This document shows, one piece after another, positions 11,120 through 23,469 of a DNA stretch of 64,000 bases (positions are counted from its first letter, which is position 1; every line of letters starts with the position of its first letter). The stretch spans positions 64,046,001-64,110,000 of the forward strand of contig OZ241827.1 of NCBI GenBank assembly GCA_965202585.1, given 5' to 3'. Position numbers and translations under genes: made by a program. Source of the stretch: Thalia democratica. Lineage: Eukaryota. The notes under the pieces are model-generated. The model had not been told where the DNA came from, did not search any database, and saw only the letters and a list, made by a program, of their open reading frames with translations.

Positions 11120-13418
11120 CGCGTGCTGGGAATATTTTTTTTTCTTTTAAGTTTTGCGATGCTTTTCATTGTTGTAGTTGGTAGTGTAGTTAAAAGATTT
11201 AGTATTTATTATTCAAATATAAATAATTATAAAATAAACATTTTTTTAATAAAAACTGTATTGATAAAGTTTCAAATAATCCACTTTCTCAGTAAATTCT
11301 ATTTTGAGTAAGTATTAAAATTAATATTTTTCTATGATAATTTTGACTTGAAAAAGCCAAATGAGCTGAAAAAATAAACTTTTTGATAAGTTTCAAATCG
11401 AAAATAAGATACGGAAACGCCAAAGTTTTAGAAGTAATTAGATTTACGTTTGTAGACATTGATTTTGTGATTGAGCTTGTTAAAACTATTTAACGCTACT
11501 GTTAAAAAAATTTCAAACAAACTTTTTTGATGGTGAAATGTGAACAGGTTTTTTATAAACTATAAACTTTTCGTTATTAAATTTTAAGAGCTCTTCTTGC
11601 TTCTTACACTTAAAACAAAAAGTTTTTTTATTAAAACAAAAAAGCTTGTGTGAGTTCAATGTGTCATTTTATCAAATTCAATAGAACGAGCTTGACATGT
11701 TAACAAAATACCTTCTGGGCCGACCTTTTATTTTTATTTTTTTAAATTTAGGTGTGATTTAACTAACACCAACTGTAGATAGTAAGTGCTATTTAGTTAC
11801 ACAATATTTCTTCACATATATATATTATCCTTCTAAAGCGTAATTAAACCTTTGTTGGTACAAAGATTTCGTTTTTAACCATTTTAAATGTTCTAAATCT
11901 TGTTTGTTGTGTTTGAAATAACTTATTTATCCACTGTTTTTCTAACGATATTTAAACTTTTTTTGTTATGAGTTATATAAACACTTGAGCGGAAATGTTT
12001 ACAAATGTTAAAATCAATAAGCAAGGTTTACACAATTTTCAATCTAAGTTTTAAAGCATAGGGGGTTTCACAATGTGCTTGTGTTATAATCCATACAATT
12101 TCAATTTAATTGAATGGATTATATGTAACAAAAACTTTATTGAACTTGATTTTATTTTGATTTTTTGTGCTTTACGCATTTGAGATTTACTTCGCTTTTT
12201 CTTTTGTATTTAATTTTATGCAATTTTTTTTCATGAAATCATGAACGTCTAGGCCGTCTCATCAATTTTTTTATTGTTTTCGTATAATTTTTGTCGTATT
12301 GTTATTTGTATTCAGATATGCACTCAATCTCGCTTTATTGACAAAAGATGATACTAAAGTTCAAGTAATTTGAAAATAACTTCTAACCGAACAAATATGT
12401 ACTTGAAAACTACTAACTTTAGAAATAATTAAAATAAAAGTTATCAGGCATTCCAAAAAAGTTTAACCTTGTTTTTTTTTTCATTTGTACGAAATATATT
12501 TTTTGTTGAAATCTGTGGCTTAATACAACTCACGGTATATTTTAATAAAAATAAACAAGATACAGCTACATTAATAAGTAATAAACTGAGCTCATACTTC
12601 TGTCTTGATTTTGCTGGACTGTACGTCGTCTTTTTACAAATAAAATTCATTATTTGTGTCTCTTTCGTTTTTATCGAAACATATTTATTATTCAATTGTT
12701 TGTTTGTTATTTTAATTTTAAACAACAAAAATAAAGTATTAGTAATACGCCTATAGTTTTTAGAAAATCTTAGTTTTAAATTTTTAAACCGAAACTTATA
12801 AAAACTTATTTATCAAAACTTAAACTTAAGTTAAAGTTGTAGAAATTGTTATTCTAATATTCATGTTCTTCTTTAGTTTGACAAGATAATTTAAACTTTA
12901 AAAGTACTCAATCACCCATTAAAGTGTATAAAAAAAAGTTAAGTTATTTGTATTATATTTTATTTATAGGTACAATCTTATTCCTAATTAAAATATGGTT
13001 TTAAATTTAAAAGCATATTTTAGTAAAAAAATTAGCAGTAAGAAAGATAATAAAGAATAAAAAAATAATTATGTATTGTCGTTTTATTTGATATAAGCAT
13101 TCAAAACAAAAAGCTTTAAAAGAAACTCAATAACTTTATCCGAAATTATCAGAATCTAAGTAAAGCAAGTTTTTAAAATCAATTAGATAATTAGATACAA
13201 CAAAAAATTAGAATAATTAATGGTACAAGATACTACCTTAGTAAGGTGTGATATAATTAAAAAGTTTTACAAAAGAACTCTTAAAAGCAATTAAACTCGT
13301 AAATTAAAAATAAAAATAATGTACATGTCAGATTTCATACTGATTAATGAAACAAAAGACAAACAAGTTAACCATCAAAAGGTCGAGTTTGAAAACTTTG
13401 TTTGGCGTTATTGATGCA

Positions 13419-13683
13419 TTATTGATGCTGGCAAATAAAGTTGAATTTGTAGTTAGGATGATTATAAAGCCGACCAAACTCACTACCGCTACCACAATAT
13501 ACACTCATGAAATCGTACCCTGCACTTGAACTAATACTGGGTAATCCCCTTCTTCCTCCATACCACTCGTATTCGAATGAAGCAGGGACGTCGCTCCCGT
13601 CAGCGAGCCTCCACCCTCCGCTGGACTCCTTCTCCATCCCGATCCACGTCCAACCTTCTGCTCCACTTCTTCTGCACAGCTCT
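13419..13683 (-). CDS. Lectin gene exon 4, C-terminal part of the C-type lectin domain
   Basis: Acceptor CAACAG, phase 2; ELC...GWTWIGM...WRLADG...YC...FICQHQ*. Confidence 0.82.
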
Positions 13684-14974
13684 CTGTTGTTAAAAGTTAT
13701 TTAGATCGTGTTAGTTTTGTGTTTTAACAGGCATTGTTGCTTTTAAATTTGGTTGAACCATTTTGTATGTTATCAAACTGTTACAGTTTTACGAACCGTC
13801 TTTGCGCGGTGGTATCAATTCCAACTTGGGCGAGGACCATGTTGTGCTCTTTGCAGTAATCTCCGGCTTCCTTGAACGAAAATTCTTTTCCTGTTGAAAT
13901 ATTGGAAAACAGTTTGAAGTGTGCCGGCATACATAACATGTTCTGCACCTTGTTAAACTTTTTAGGATTTTTTAATATAAGTAAAAGACTTTTTACGTGC
14001 GAGTTGAACTAGTCATGCTCTAAAAGTTATAAGCCTGTCTAATAATTGTTTACCTACATTTTTTTAAAACAGCAAAAGTAAATAAAAGAAAAGTAGTAAA
14101 CAACAACTACTTTTTGCGCATTTGAGTGGATTAGTTTGGAAACTCGGAAGTATTTTTCCATCCACACAACTTCTCACTGTTTCACCTTCCGCCTCATAAT
14201 GCAGTTCGCATAGATACTTCACAACTGTATTATGACGAACGAGGCGGGTCGAGTTTGTCGTACTTGAAGCAACTTCAGGCACTTCACAACCTTTGATAAA
14301 CAATATAAATTAATCCGAAACCGTTTTATCCAATAAACCAAAAACTATATACTTTTTAACAAAAATTTTTAATTATAAAAATGCAAGTAATTTTGTTGAC
14401 AAACGATATAATTTGATTTGAAGGGCTTAACTAATTTTAAACAACAAGCCAACATATTTTCATAAGAAACTAACAATTATTTATTGAGAAAAGAAAAAAT
14501 AATCAAAAAATGCAAGTAATTTTCAACTGACTTGACAAAGCTTCAACGTGTTTGTTGAGGCGCAGAATTTCTTCGCTCTGCCGTCCCACCGCCGCGACCA
14601 ACTTTTCCACCGTCCAAAGCTTCGAGGCGCCTGTTCTGTTCGGATTCGACGTTCGAAATTTCGCCGCTCAGCTCCGACAGCGGCGCCGAGTTTCTCTTGA
14701 TTTGCCTTCCGTGTCTCGCCGTCGCCGCCGAAACTTCCGCGACGACTTCGCTCAGGTCCGTGCCCGCGGGTCCGGCGGGGCCCGCCTCCCCCTTCTCGCC
14801 CTTTGCGCCGGCCTTGCCGCGCTTGACGGCGTTGCCATGTGGAGCGGAGGGAGAAAAAGGGGGGTTTTCCCCTGGGTCGCAGGTGGTGGTCGTCACCGAA
14901 GTGCAAGTCTGGCTTTCGGCGCGAACGGCCGAGAAAAAAAGCACCGAAACAAAAACTACTGAATATTTGTTCAT
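13419..14974 (-). CDS. Secreted collectin-like protein: signal peptide, 7 Gly-X-Y triplets, coiled coil, CCP/sushi domain, C-type lectin-like domain. Frame-disrupted as assembled (possible pseudogene, or rescued by exon skipping)
   Basis: Exons 14974-14532 (donor GTCAGT), 14290-14111 (CCP, phase 1-1), 13948-13797 and 13683-13419. MNKYSVVFVSVLFFSAVRA signal peptide; GKAGAKGEKGEAGPAGPAGTD collagen; CEVP...YLC...SCVDG...KC sushi; F.EA.DYC...LA, WIG and FICQ lectin motifs. A +1 shift lies near 14614 and a probable one near 13920. Confidence 0.75.
13797..13948 (-). CDS. Lectin gene exon 3, N-terminal part of the C-type lectin domain
   Basis: HFKLFSNISTGKEFSFKEAGDYCKEHNMVLAQVGIDTTAQR; donor GTTCGT at 13796. 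The 5' boundary is uncertain (13948, 13942 or 13890). Confidence 0.72.
14111..14290 (-). CDS. Lectin gene exon 2, CCP/sushi domain
   Basis: 180-nt phase 1-1 exon with four sushi-spaced Cys (CEVP, YLC, SCVDG, LKC). Confidence 0.8.
14532..14974 (-). CDS. Lectin gene exon 1 (signal peptide, collagen, coiled coil); frameshift near 14614
   Basis: Acceptor TTTTACAG 7 nt before the ATG. The heptad pattern continues only in the +1 frame (TVEKLVAAVGRQSEEILRLNKHVEALS) up to the GTCAGT donor at 14531. Confidence 0.75.
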
Positions 14975-16519
14975 TGTGTATCTGTAAAAGTTTAACTAGT
15001 TAGCTTTAACCTGAAGTTTTATTTATTAGAAGTAGCTCGCTGCTGAACAAAACAAAAACTTTTTAAAATTAAAAAAAAAAATAGTTTATTTAAAAACAAC
15101 TATTAGTATTACTTTATTTTTATATAAACATCAAGATATACTTTAATCAAATTTTAGCTCAACATTTAAAGCCACTTTCAAAACTTTTGATTCTAAACTA
15201 ACCAAAATTTGATCATTAAAAACTGAGCTAAAATAACAACTCAAATCATGTAGCTTAAAATTATATTTAAAGACACTAGCACGAAAAGTATGCTCAACTG
15301 ATTTTTTTTTCTCAAACAGGCTTTCCACAGGAAATAAAGTACTTAAAGGAACAAGCACAAAAGTTTTTTTTTTCTTTTAACAAAACAAATAGTTTATTTT
15401 TCGTTGTAACAAAATAAACAGTTTTTTTTTGTAACAAACTAAACAGTTTTTTTTTTGTTAAGAGATTAAAACAATTTAAATGCTTTTCAGCTTAGATGTG
15501 GGTCAGGTATTTGTTTTTTGCTACAAACTTCGCAAGAAATTTACACGCTTAAGTACACTTAAAAAAAATTTTACTTCTAACAAGTGTTGCTTTTACTTTT
15601 AGGGCTTGTTTAAAGCAATTTAAAGTATATCAATGAAAAAAAATATATATATTACAAAAATTTTATCATGTAAAAATTTGAGGTGTATTAAATATTTTTT
15701 AACTACTAATAGTTATCTTATAACGTTATTTTAAAGGTTTTCAGATTAAATATATATTACTTTTGTTTAAAGCATATAGCATTTCGTAACAATTATAAGA
15801 TATCTTCTGAGATTTTTAAAAATTGTAACGCAAAATATCATCTAATTAAAAATTCATTAAAATTTTATTAATTATCGTAACTGTAAAGAAAAGATTCTTA
15901 TTTTTTTACTCATCACGAAACATTAAAACATGAGGATTACATAAACAGAGAAAATAATTTTCTTAAACTTAGCTTAAAGTTAAAGTGTTTCATTAAAGGT
16001 TAATTTTATAAAAAAACAGTTCTTTAAATATTAACTTAATGGTCTTTGAAACCTTCATAAAAAACCGGTAAAAAATTCCTTATAAATGAATAATTAAAAT
16101 GCTTATGTTTTATCTTGATTTAAAACACCTAGTAGTAAATAGGAGATCAATACATAAACCAAATTGGATTCAACTGCTATTAAAGTATAAAAAAAAATTA
16201 TATATAGTAATCAATTAATTGCTAAATAACTAAAACTCCTAATACCACAAAAAAAAAAACAGAGTCAAAACTAAAAATTATTAGATTTTCAATAAAATTT
16301 ATACTTAAACAAGGTTTTAACAAAAAATACACCTTACATTTTTCGAACTTACAACACTTTATTTGTAATAAACATTTATATTTAATTGAATTATAATATG
16401 AAATATAATACAAGCGTCCGGCAGCATGTTATTTATCCTAGTATAGAGGTTTTTCACAACTTTTTTTTTAAATTCCAAAATTATTTAACTCAAGGACACT
16501 GCAAATGAAAGGAAAATGT

Positions 16520-16680
16520 TTGTGCAATCAGAAGCAGCTTGTACGACATTCGCTTGTTCAAGGTTGGCTTCACAATAAAAGTTTCAACATTATTTACATT
16601 GCAACGTACCTTGCAAGCTTGGATTATTTTTATGATGTAACGTTTCACACTTTGGATTGTGTTGTGTGAGATGATAAAAA
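16520..16680 (-). promoter_or_regulatory. Conserved block: putative non-coding first exon / promoter of the lectin gene, with donor AAG|GTACGT at 16609
   Basis: About 5 differences in ~160 nt versus the copy at 18278-18437, while flanks are clearly more diverged. It contains a minus-strand donor that could pair with the acceptor at 14984-14982. Confidence 0.45.
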
Positions 16681-16842
16681 ATAAAAGTAACTTTGCTTTT
16701 TTATGGACATATCGTTGGTCGTTTGTGTTTTAGGTACAAAATAGTAGTTAATTTCAGTTTTTTAACATTATATAAGTTTTTAAACGGTTATTTTAAGGTT
16801 ATAACTAAAAGAAATGTCAAATTTTTAAATAAAACATTATGC

Positions 16843-16999
16843 ACTTGATGGCGTTGCCACGGGGGATTTGGGGAGAAAAGGGGGATTTTTCCCTTGGTCG
16901 TATTTCTTATACTGAAGTCTGAGTCTGGCTATTGGGGCGAACGGTCGAGAAAAAAGCACCTAAATCAAAACTACTGAATATTTGTTTGTTGTATACCTG
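16843..16999 (-). pseudogene. Decayed duplicate of the 5' part of lectin exon 1
   Basis: Homologous to 14821-14984. ATG is replaced by ACA (16989-16987), TAG falls at 16962-16960, and the copy is truncated before the collagen repeat. Confidence 0.85.
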
Positions 17000-18277
17000 T
17001 AAAAGCTGTAATTTATTGATTTTTAATCTTAATTTTTATTAATTAGAAGTAGCTTGGCGCTGAAGAAAATTAAAACTTTTAAAAACTTTAACAAATATCA
17101 AGACTTTTGTCAAAAAAAACAACTAGTAACTCTTTATTTTAGTATGAAAACTAATGTATAGACTTTAACTAAAACTAAACTCAACGTTTAAAGTTACTTG
17201 CAGAACTTTTGATTTTCAATTAAACCGACACTTAATCATCAAACACTAAATTAAAATAATAACTCGAATCCTGATATTTTTGGATGTGGCGCACATATTT
17301 GTATTTTGCTGCAAAATTCGCATGAAGTTTACACGCTTGAGAACACTTTGAAAAAATATTTTTTCAAACAAGTGTTGCTTTTACTTTTTTTGGTCAATTA
17401 AAGAAAATTAAAGGATATCGATAAAAAAAACGTTTTACAAGAATTTTATCATGCAAAAATTTGAGGTGTTTATATAAATTTATTCAACAGTTAATAGTTA
17501 TTTTATAAAAGTAACATAAAGCTTTTGAGATTAAAAATATATATTTCTTTTATTTAAAGCATATATTACTTTGTAAAAACTAAAAGATATGTACTGTTTT
17601 TTTATCAAATTGTAACGCAAGGTAATGTTTAATTTAAGACTCATTAAAATTTTATTAAACTATCTTAACTGTAAAGTAAAGATTATAAACATTTATTTTA
17701 TCTATTTATCACGAAACATTAAAACATGATGAGCACATAAACAGAGAAAATAATTTTCAAAAACTTAGCTTAAAGTTAAAGTGTTTCATTAAAGGTTAGT
17801 TTTATAAAAAACAGTTTTTATAATATTAACTTAATGGGCAAGTCTTTGAAACTTTCACATAAAACTGATAAAGCTATCGTTATAAATAAAATACTTAAAA
17901 TGCTTATATTTTATCTTTCTCTAAAACACCTAGTAGTAACTAGGAAATCTAGACATAAACCAAATTGAATTTAACTGCTCTTAAAAAAAAGAACTTTTTA
18001 CACATATTTATTAATAAATCGCAAAACAACTAAAAATCCTAACAGTTCAGAAAAAAACAGTAGGAAAAATGAAAAATATTAGGTTTTTAACAAAATATTT
18101 CAACTAAATTAGGTTTTACTAAAAAAATAAACTTGAGAACTCAATTTATAACAACTCGCAACAGCTTTTCTTGTAATGAACAATACATGTTGTTTAAGTT
18201 AGTATAAAAGTTTTAAAACTTTTTTTTTTTAATTTCAAAGTTCTCTAGTTCAAAGGCGTGGCAAATTAACGATCAAT

Positions 18278-18437
18278 TTTGCGCAATCAGAAGCAGCTTG
18301 TACGACATTCGCTTGTTCAAGGTTGGTTTCAAATAAAAGTTTCAACATTATTTACATTGCAACGTACCTTGCAAGCTTGGATTGTTTTTATGATGTAACG
18401 TTTCACACTTTGTATTGTGTTGTGTGAGATGATAAAA
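18278..18437 (-). promoter_or_regulatory. Second copy of the conserved putative first-exon/promoter block (donor GTACGT at 18367)
   Basis: Near-identical to 16520-16680. Confidence 0.4.
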
Positions 18438-21400
18438 ACTATAAGTAATTTTTCTTTATGATGGGAATATCAGTTATTTTTTCTGTTTGTGACACAATAT
18501 ATTTTTTAATTTGAGTTTTTCAAACGATGTACAAATTTTTTCAATTTCAATTGGAGGTTATAGTTAAAGTTAATATTTAAATAAATAAAAAATATTTCTT
18601 TAAACTTTTGTAATGCTGAATAAAAGTTTAGTGCTTGTTCGAAAACGACTTTAAACCTATTAAGTCAAAAGTTTCCAAGTTTTTGTTATTAAAAAAAAAA
18701 AGTCATTATAAAGATTATTCTTTATAATCTTTTTGTTTGCTTATCATCTTCTATACAACTCCTTTGAAGCCAACACTATTTTACAAAAGATAATTAAAAT
18801 AAATTGCTTATATAATATATTTCTGCGAATTACTACTAGTAAGCTGAGAATCTATACATAAACTAATCTGGGTTCAACTACCTTAAAAAAATTACAAATA
18901 GCGATTAATTAATTTTTTTACTCTGCGTTTGGTGCAAAAAAAAACAGCTTCAAACTGATTTTTTAGTTTTACAATTTAACTTTTTAACTAAATCAGGTTT
19001 GTACAGAAAAATAAAACTGACATTTAAAGTACCGACAATTTTTTTTCTTATAAACAATTCATGTTATTTTAACTAATAAAAAAGCTTATAGCAAGAACTT
19101 TTGCTCTTAACTGAATTTTCAAATTTTACAAGCACAATTAAATGTTAAAAAGCTTTAAAGTAAACATGCTTTTATGTGTAATAAAGTAAACATTTTCGTT
19201 GCGCGTGTAATTTTTAGGTTTAAATTCTTAATTAGTATGTGGAAATTTAATTCAACTTTTGTATTTTAACCTACTTTACTAACCTAAGTGTATTTAATTA
19301 AAAAAATCATTAATAAGTTTTATATTATTTCATAGCAAAATTTAAATTTAGAAAAATTAAAATAAATTTAAATAATAGAAAAAACTGTGAGGTACATAAG
19401 TGAGATATTTTTGTTAGAATACAAGTAAATGACTAGATAACGACTTTTATTGATACAAGTTTATGAATTAGATTTATTATATTTTAAGTTAGATTTTTTG
19501 TAAAGATTGTCTATTTATTTCTAAGAGAAGTAATTCCAGGTAAAAATATTTCAGAGTATAGTTATTAAACTATGAAGTATAATTGATTTCATTACAGAGT
19601 TTTAAAAACAGCTGTAAAGGGGCTAGTAAAGTTAAACATGCAAAACTCCAAGTTTTCAAACTTTTTTAATTATCATACTTAAAATTTTCGTCATAAACAA
19701 TTAATTAATACTTTTTAATCAAGCTCAGTTTTAAATGCAAACACAAACTTTTTTTTTAAGGTTTTAATAATACTATAGTTACAATAAACTTAGTTTGAAC
19801 CTTTTTTACAAATCAGAATGCAAAAGAAAATTAGCAAAACAAAACTAAAACTTGTTCTACATTTGTTGTGAGTCTGCAAGTTGAAACAACATTTCTTTCA
19901 CACAACAATCGGTACAAAACATATTTCACATTTATAGTTTACAGCAGTACTCAACTCACTACTCTATAAAAATAGGTTGAAAGCAGAAGTTATTCATTTT
20001 ACAAAGTACAAACCATTACACGTTAAGAAACAGCAAAATAATTTGAAATCATAACTTACAAAGCTAGTTATAAGTTGCCGTTATTATCCAATTTTATTAA
20101 TAACTTTAAAAAAGCTAAAAACTTTTTTCGAAGCGATAGAAGGTGTGGTTAAATTAAGTTAGGACGCTAAGCTTTTATTAATCAAAAACTGTTGGTATAT
20201 TTGCAAATCTAAAAAGTCTTTCACTATCTCATAGTATCTTTAACTATCTATCTTGGTATCTCTTAGTATATATAGTTTATTGAGCGACAAAAAAGCGCGA
20301 AAATATTTCGTCCTACGACTTGGTGCACAAAGAACCTTTCGGTTATCGAGTCGCACACCATGGATACCTTTTAACGTCTTGTCTTAGTATGTCTTATTAT
20401 ATTTTAGTATTTCTTTTAATACACAAAATTTGCCACAAATAAACCGTTGAACAGCGGTGTGGTTTTATTAAAATTTAAAATTAGTGAAAGCTTCTGAAAT
20501 CTTACAAACATAATATAGCTGAAAAACATGTATTAAACAAAACTTGGTTACTAAATCAAAATTCATCACTCTAAATCGCAAGAAACTATGCGCATTCGTG
20601 CTTTTATATTTTAGTTATTAAAAACTTATTTTTTGATAAATGTTTAATATGTTTGGTTGATGTGGGTTAGAGATAAAGCTAAATTTCGTTTTATTGTTGA
20701 GTCAGCAAATATTAGGGAAACACGTTCAAATTACAATCTGACCCCTTCGATAAAAGTCCATAAGTGTGTATTTAAAAAATGCCTAATCATAATAAACTGT
20801 ATTTCTTTTCCTTGAAATAAAATCAATCAATAATTTAACAACTTGTTACTGAATAAAATTTACCACGTTTTTATAATTTAAGACTTTGAATGAAAGATTG
20901 TATGCAATATTTTTAAGTTTTTATTTAAATTTTATTTTTATTTAAAACACTTATAATAAACCTGTTGTATCTTGATTAATTTAAATATTTTAATAAAATT
21001 TTTAAATAATGTTAAAAGAAACAACTTTGTAACATATTTCTAGCATTGAATCTGCTTAAAAGTTTACCAAAACTAACGAAAATAAAAAAGATTTTAATAA
21101 AGTATAATAGGTAAGACAATTACTTATAACATTTCTATTTAATTTTTGAAAGAACAAAACACTCATTTTTAATGTCATTTAATCGATTATTCGTCATACA
21201 AATAATAAAAAATTAATATTTAGTTTGAATAGTTGGCCGTTATTATGCCATTCAAATAGATATAAATACAAAAATTTCTTATTCGTAAAACAAAAATACG
21301 AGTTATAGACTGAATTTATGTACTTATATAGCTTATTTGTACTAGTTTACTAGATATATATAAATATCTACTTTAAGTATTCAAATAAAGATTTTAAAGA

Positions 21401-23121
21401 TGGCAATGAATTGTTGTGAAAACGACATTTTTTAGTTACCAAAAATCGATATTGTTATAAATTAAAAGACATTATATTTTTACATGAATTTTTGTAAAAA
21501 AAATTTTTTTTTCAAAAATAAAAACAAGTTTTAGAATAATACTAAAATTCAAGGTTTTGTTTAGATGTAATTGTGTATGACCACTAGTTGGAGTTTAAAT
21601 TTGCTCTGGTGCATGCAGCAAGGGACTAAAGTTTAAATCTGAAAATTTGAAACACTGTGTAGTAAACTAAAAATATGAACTTGAAAATTATGTATTTCGT
21701 AAAGACCCTAGAAACCAAAATAAACAATTTAAGTATTAATGCAGTGACTTGACTTTCTAGGACATTTGTTATTATTTCCTCTGACAGTTATATTATGTTT
21801 TTAATACTACTTACTTGATTTTGAGTTGAAAAATATTCAATGTATTTAGTGTAAAATGCATCTTTATTACATGTTTATATCATATTAAGAATCTTTTCTA
21901 ATTCTATTTGAATAAGATTTATTTAATCACTGACAAGGTCTTTGACCAAAACTTAGTTTGTAAAATAAATTCTTGAAAGTAGTTGAGATCTCTCTATTTG
22001 TTTTCTTAAAACCAAAACATACAATACTGATAATCTTTTTAACTTTGGTAGCATTTGATTTTTTATTTTTCCTAATTTTTAAGTTATAAGGGTTCATAAT
22101 TGAAGAGTTCAACAGGTCCATATGGAGTTATTAAAAATTTGTGAAGTAAGACTATAATTAATCTTACAACTATTTTAAATCATTATCAAACCCCTCAGAT
22201 AAATATCAAGTGAATAATCAAGTGTTTTATATCCTAACAATATAGGTTTTTATGTCTTAAGTTTTTATAATTATTAAAAATTATGTAAGTTTAGGCTTAT
22301 ATTTAAAGCTAACTATTTAATTATTTATTATAGTATTAATAATTATATAATACAAAAAACACTCCCTAAAACTTTTAAATTAGTTTTTTAAAAATTGAAA
22401 AGATAATAGCAATAAAAACTTCATTTTCATATGGGTTTCTTTGATTACTAAACAAATTTAATCTCAAATTAAATGTTTTATATTTTATTAAAAATATTTT
22501 TCAATTTATGACTTCAGCTATAAAATGAATTGAGGGCAAAAGTTATTTTTTGTAAAAAAATCTTTGACAACTTTTGACCTCAAGACTTAAAAAGTATATA
22601 AATCTCTACAAAAATATAGAAATGTAAATAAAAACAAGATTGATTGTATGTTCTCATTAAGTTGTTCCAGTAATTTATTTTAATATTACTTAATAAAATT
22701 ATAAGATTCATGTCTGATTTTTATCAAGTTTTTCAGTAATTTTAATTTTCTAGTAATTAGTAGTTTAACAGAAATTTATGTATTATTTATTTATTTTTTA
22801 ATAATTTTTTTCTCATACTTTTACTGTTTATTCTTAATGGAAAAAAATATATATAGGCAAAAGTTTTTATTATTCAAAAAAAAAGTTTGTAAGAAGATTA
22901 TATTTCTGGAAATTTTACACCAACTTTTTTAATTATTAATTTTGCATGCCATATCTTTTCAAGGAATAAGTTGTAAATCACTTTTTTCAGTATTATTTTT
23001 CATACAAATAACTAAGCTACTAGTAGGCTCCCTATGAAAAGCACAAACTATAAAACACAAAAGTCTATTTAACCAAAATCTTCTTTTTGTACAATATAAG
23101 AAAAACAAACTGTCAATTTTA

Positions 23122-23469
23122 TAGGGTGGTCGTTCAACCTTAAATATATGAACTTTTCAGCTAAATCATAGTAATTCTTTAAATGTTAAACAATTTTAAA
23201 AGTAAAAGTTTTCAAATTTGTAAGATAAAGAAATAAAAATTAGTTATGAAATAGCTAATATAAACAAGAAAATATGTGTTCATAACTTGTTTTATTGTTA
23301 AACATAGTTAAAGTACAATTAAATATTTGTGTAATTTTGTGCAAACAAAACTTCTTTTACCTTAAACTTTATTTTATACTTCAAAAGGCCAAGAAAACTT
23401 GTTTTTTATAAAACTCAAAGAAAATCAAATAACCTAGAAAATATTCCTAATGAGCTAGTGGCCACCCTG
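23122..23469. mobile_element. Degenerate CAGGGT(T/G)GCCA-family MITE
   Basis: Left TAGGGTGGTC, right TGGCCACCCTG; flanks match only partly (ATTTTA / ATTAAA). Confidence 0.35.

Larger units (their letters stand above)
14821..18460. repeat. Direct tandem segmental duplication (copy A ~14821-16700, copy B ~16843-18460)
   Basis: Collinear shared blocks, e.g. CATCACGAAACATTAAAACATGA-like at ~15911 and ~17708, AAAACACCTAGTAGTAA at ~16122 and ~17923, and the near-identical block at 16520/18278. Confidence 0.88.

Noticed and set aside
394-12756. AT-rich 60-95 aa ORFs (394, 2819, 3051, 5221, 5333, 6654, 7622, 7731, 10981, 11123, 12444, 12469)
   Set aside because: Low-complexity F/L/I/K composition or antisense to DEGS exons; no motifs; mostly non-ATG starts.
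14523-14987. Overlapping ORFs 14523-14906(-), 14552-14962(+), 14697-14987(+)
   Set aside because: Shadow ORFs of a GC-rich exon; only the signal-peptide/collagen frame makes protein sense.
16520-16605. C/D snoRNA in the conserved block (minus strand, TGCAA...CTGA-TTGCA)
   Set aside because: A D box and terminal stem are present, but the C-box position reads ATGTAAA, and it would lie only a few nt from the presumed donor.
15143-22121. ORFs at 15143, 16222 and 21927 (also 43715 and 62775 elsewhere)
   Set aside because: Intron-like composition, no splice or domain support.
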